Source: Nitrospirales bacterium
GTDB lineage: Bacteria > Nitrospirota > Nitrospiria > Nitrospirales > UBA8639
DNA length: 64,000 nt
Direction of reading: 5' to 3'
Assembly (NCBI GenBank): GCA_965203295.1
Contig: CBDBCZ010000017.1
Location: forward strand, 2,432,001-2,496,000
Both the position numbers and the translations under genes were made by a program. The notes under the pieces are model-generated. The model did not search any database, had not been told where the DNA came from, and saw nothing but the letters and a program-made list of their open reading frames with translations. Shown here piece after piece: positions 61,580 through 64,000 of the stretch; position 1 is the first letter of the stretch; each line of letters begins with the position of its first letter.

Positions 61580-63606
61580 ACTTGGAAGTTACTGCTTTAA
61601 TCTGCAAGCTGCATGTTCTGATTCTACACTTTTTCTTGTGCAATGGAACATGAGATGTTTAGTACAATAATTGTAAGTAAATTATGCAACAGGATAATTA
61701 GGACTTAATTGTACATCATTATATTATGCATGCCTTGCCATGAGCTGTTTATATAGTACACCAGTTCTCATAAAACTTGACAGCAAACTAGAAATGGTAA
61801 AACCACTGACTCCTAGGGTAAATGCTTTGATTCAAGAAGTGATCACCTTTCAGGAGAGGACTTCAAAGCCTAATTAATCACTCACCCACCCATTAGTGTA
61901 GTAGGCTTTACTTGCGAAGGTAGTGAAAACTGCCGTAATCATAATATGCCTAAGTCATAATGCCTCACTCTATATACTTAGACTATGGTATGCATAATCT
62001 ACTTTGATTTTTTGACTTTAATGAGGTCTCTAAAATCCATTAGACCCCTCATCAAAAATTCATATTTCATATAGAGAAATTGAAAGCTGGAAACCATAGT
62101 CTAAGCTAGTTAGTGATCTCAGACAGGTATCTTAGCTGTTTAGAGACCTTCAGGATGCTCCTATAATCACCGAGGGCAAAGGTCTTCAGGTCTCTAAAAC
62201 AGCTAAGATACCTGCCTGAGGTCACTAACCTATACTCAACCTCATTCCCAGGCCATGTGTAAAATTTTGAGCACCTGAGAACAAGGCTACTGTAACCACT
62301 GTCTCCAGACATGATGCTGTATTATTAATTAATTACACTGCGGAAGAGTGGTTTAAAGAAAATAGGAGTGACCCAAGTGAAAAGTGAATGCAAGGTTGCA
62401 CATTTAATCTTATAACAGACTAATGTGAGTAAATAATTGTAAGTCCTTCTTATGAAGGCAGTACATGTACCTACGTATAATAGTCACTGTGAATAAAGCT
62501 GTAGCTGTACTTGGTTCTCACAAAGGTGAGGAATACAACGAAGCCATCATGCAGTGTAATGTAGCTACTGTTGGCCAAGTCTTGTAGCCTTTAAGTATAC
62601 ACAGTTATTACACACACTGTCATATTAACAGTTTTATTTATGGTTCAAGGACCTATACATCCCGAGATGAAATAGACTCCAGAATATACTTGAGAGTGTA
62701 TAGAAGATGCCAAGATGATACAGTGAACAAAGAATCAACTCCAAATACTTTTGATCTGTATATATGCAGTATAGGTAGTGAGATCACTCACTAACACATG
62801 GAGGCTGCAGTCCTCTATTCACAACATAATGAAAATGATGTGCAAAAGAATTTTAAAGCACTTTTGTTATAATAGAAGAGACTAGCTGTATTTGATATAA
62901 AGAAAGGGTATAGGAAGTCATGTGGCAGCTGTCTCACTAGTTGACTGAAGTATCTGAGCTGGTCCCTCACTAACATCAGTGAAGGTGACAACTGTTTGCA
63001 GCCTCACAGGCACCATAGCAGACCCAACAGAGCAGTAGGTACCTCGACACTGGAGATAGCAGACAGATATATATGTATCATGGTGCAAAATTCGTTCAGC
63101 AATCTATTTTTCTTACATGCTACAGATTATCTCAGGGAGACTAGCAACCTGGTAAGACAGCAGACAGTTACCGACTTGTGGTATACTTGCAAAGGTTGCT
63201 GGCAGCTTTCTGCATATCAACGTATTATTTATCTTTACAAGGTAGTTCTGAAGCTAGTTTTAGTACATTCAGTTAGCATGCAAATGCTGTATAGCTTTAT
63301 GGGTTGCTGTAGACACATGGCCTAAGCAACTGGCATCAGCCTAGTTCAACAAATCAGAGGGAAAAGCAGTACATGTACATACGCTGGTGAAGAAAGGGTG
63401 AGTTGTTATTGAGAGTCTTTCATATTGTTGATTAGCTAAAGCCAAATGGAGCAACTTCTATAATAGAATACATATGTCCAACACAGAGTATTTTTATTTA
63501 CACCCATCCGTCAACAGCAAATCAGTGTACATGTAATGAGTGCATTGAGTATGGAATGGATAGAGATGCCCTTTTAGTTTTCATGTACTTCGTAATGCAA
63601 ACTTAC

Positions 63607-63768
63607 CAGTGCAGCAATGTCTTCAGTGCCATAGGTAGTGATGACGGCACTAGGGTCATCAAAATCTCCGGTATAAGCATACAGTACTTGGATGTGTAGG
63701 GATGTTATAACATCTTGACACACGATGCCAACAGACCCCTGTTTTGTGTGTGTGCAAACAGAGTCTTC
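63607..63768 (-). pseudogene. Tectonic-like exon, copy B (12-nt in-frame deletion)
   Basis: AG/GT-bounded 162-nt exon EDSVCTHTKQGSVGIVCQDVITSLHIQVLYAYTGDFDDPSAVITTYGTEDIAAL, near-identical to copy A. Confidence 0.55.
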
Positions 63769-64000
63769 CTGTTAGTATGTCAGTTCCTTTATTAATGCTG
63801 GGGATAACTAGTCTACAATGATGAATGCATTACCAATACTGATCACAGTAAACTCATGCATACATGCAGTGTCACACAAGCACATAACTAATAAATAATG
63901 AAAGCACTGAAGTGTAAACCTCACCCAGCATTCTTAGACTATAAATGTAACGTACATTTTGGTTAAAGGCTAGTCCCGTATGCTACCACTAAAAGTGGTG

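Overview
Intron-rich animal genomic DNA. A demosponge-like origin is inferred only from composition and repeat style. The window is mostly decayed gene fragments and nested DNA transposons. Left (1-16 kb): a degenerate multi-exon coiled-coil gene, partly duplicated with a 4.2-kb deletion and a fold-back junction, plus RecQ-like relics. Centre (20128-44487): a ~24-kb Mutator/MULE element that carries two Tc1-family elements, each with a multi-exon BEN-domain gene. One of these is complete with a DD34E transposase; the other is truncated and has a 4.2-kb coding minisatellite. Inserted into the BEN gene of the complete Tc1 element is a 5.4-kb KDZ/Zisupton-type transposon with an 8-bp TSD, long TIRs and 60-bp subterminal arrays. 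It carries an apparently intact, divergently transcribed gene for an NRF1/EWG-like DNA-binding protein, the most notable observation here. Right (45-64 kb): MITEs, Helentron-associated elements, a ~93-bp satellite, a fold-back element and pseudogenised fragments of ATR, CACYBP and a tectonic-like gene. All domain calls come from motif recognition by eye, not database searches.
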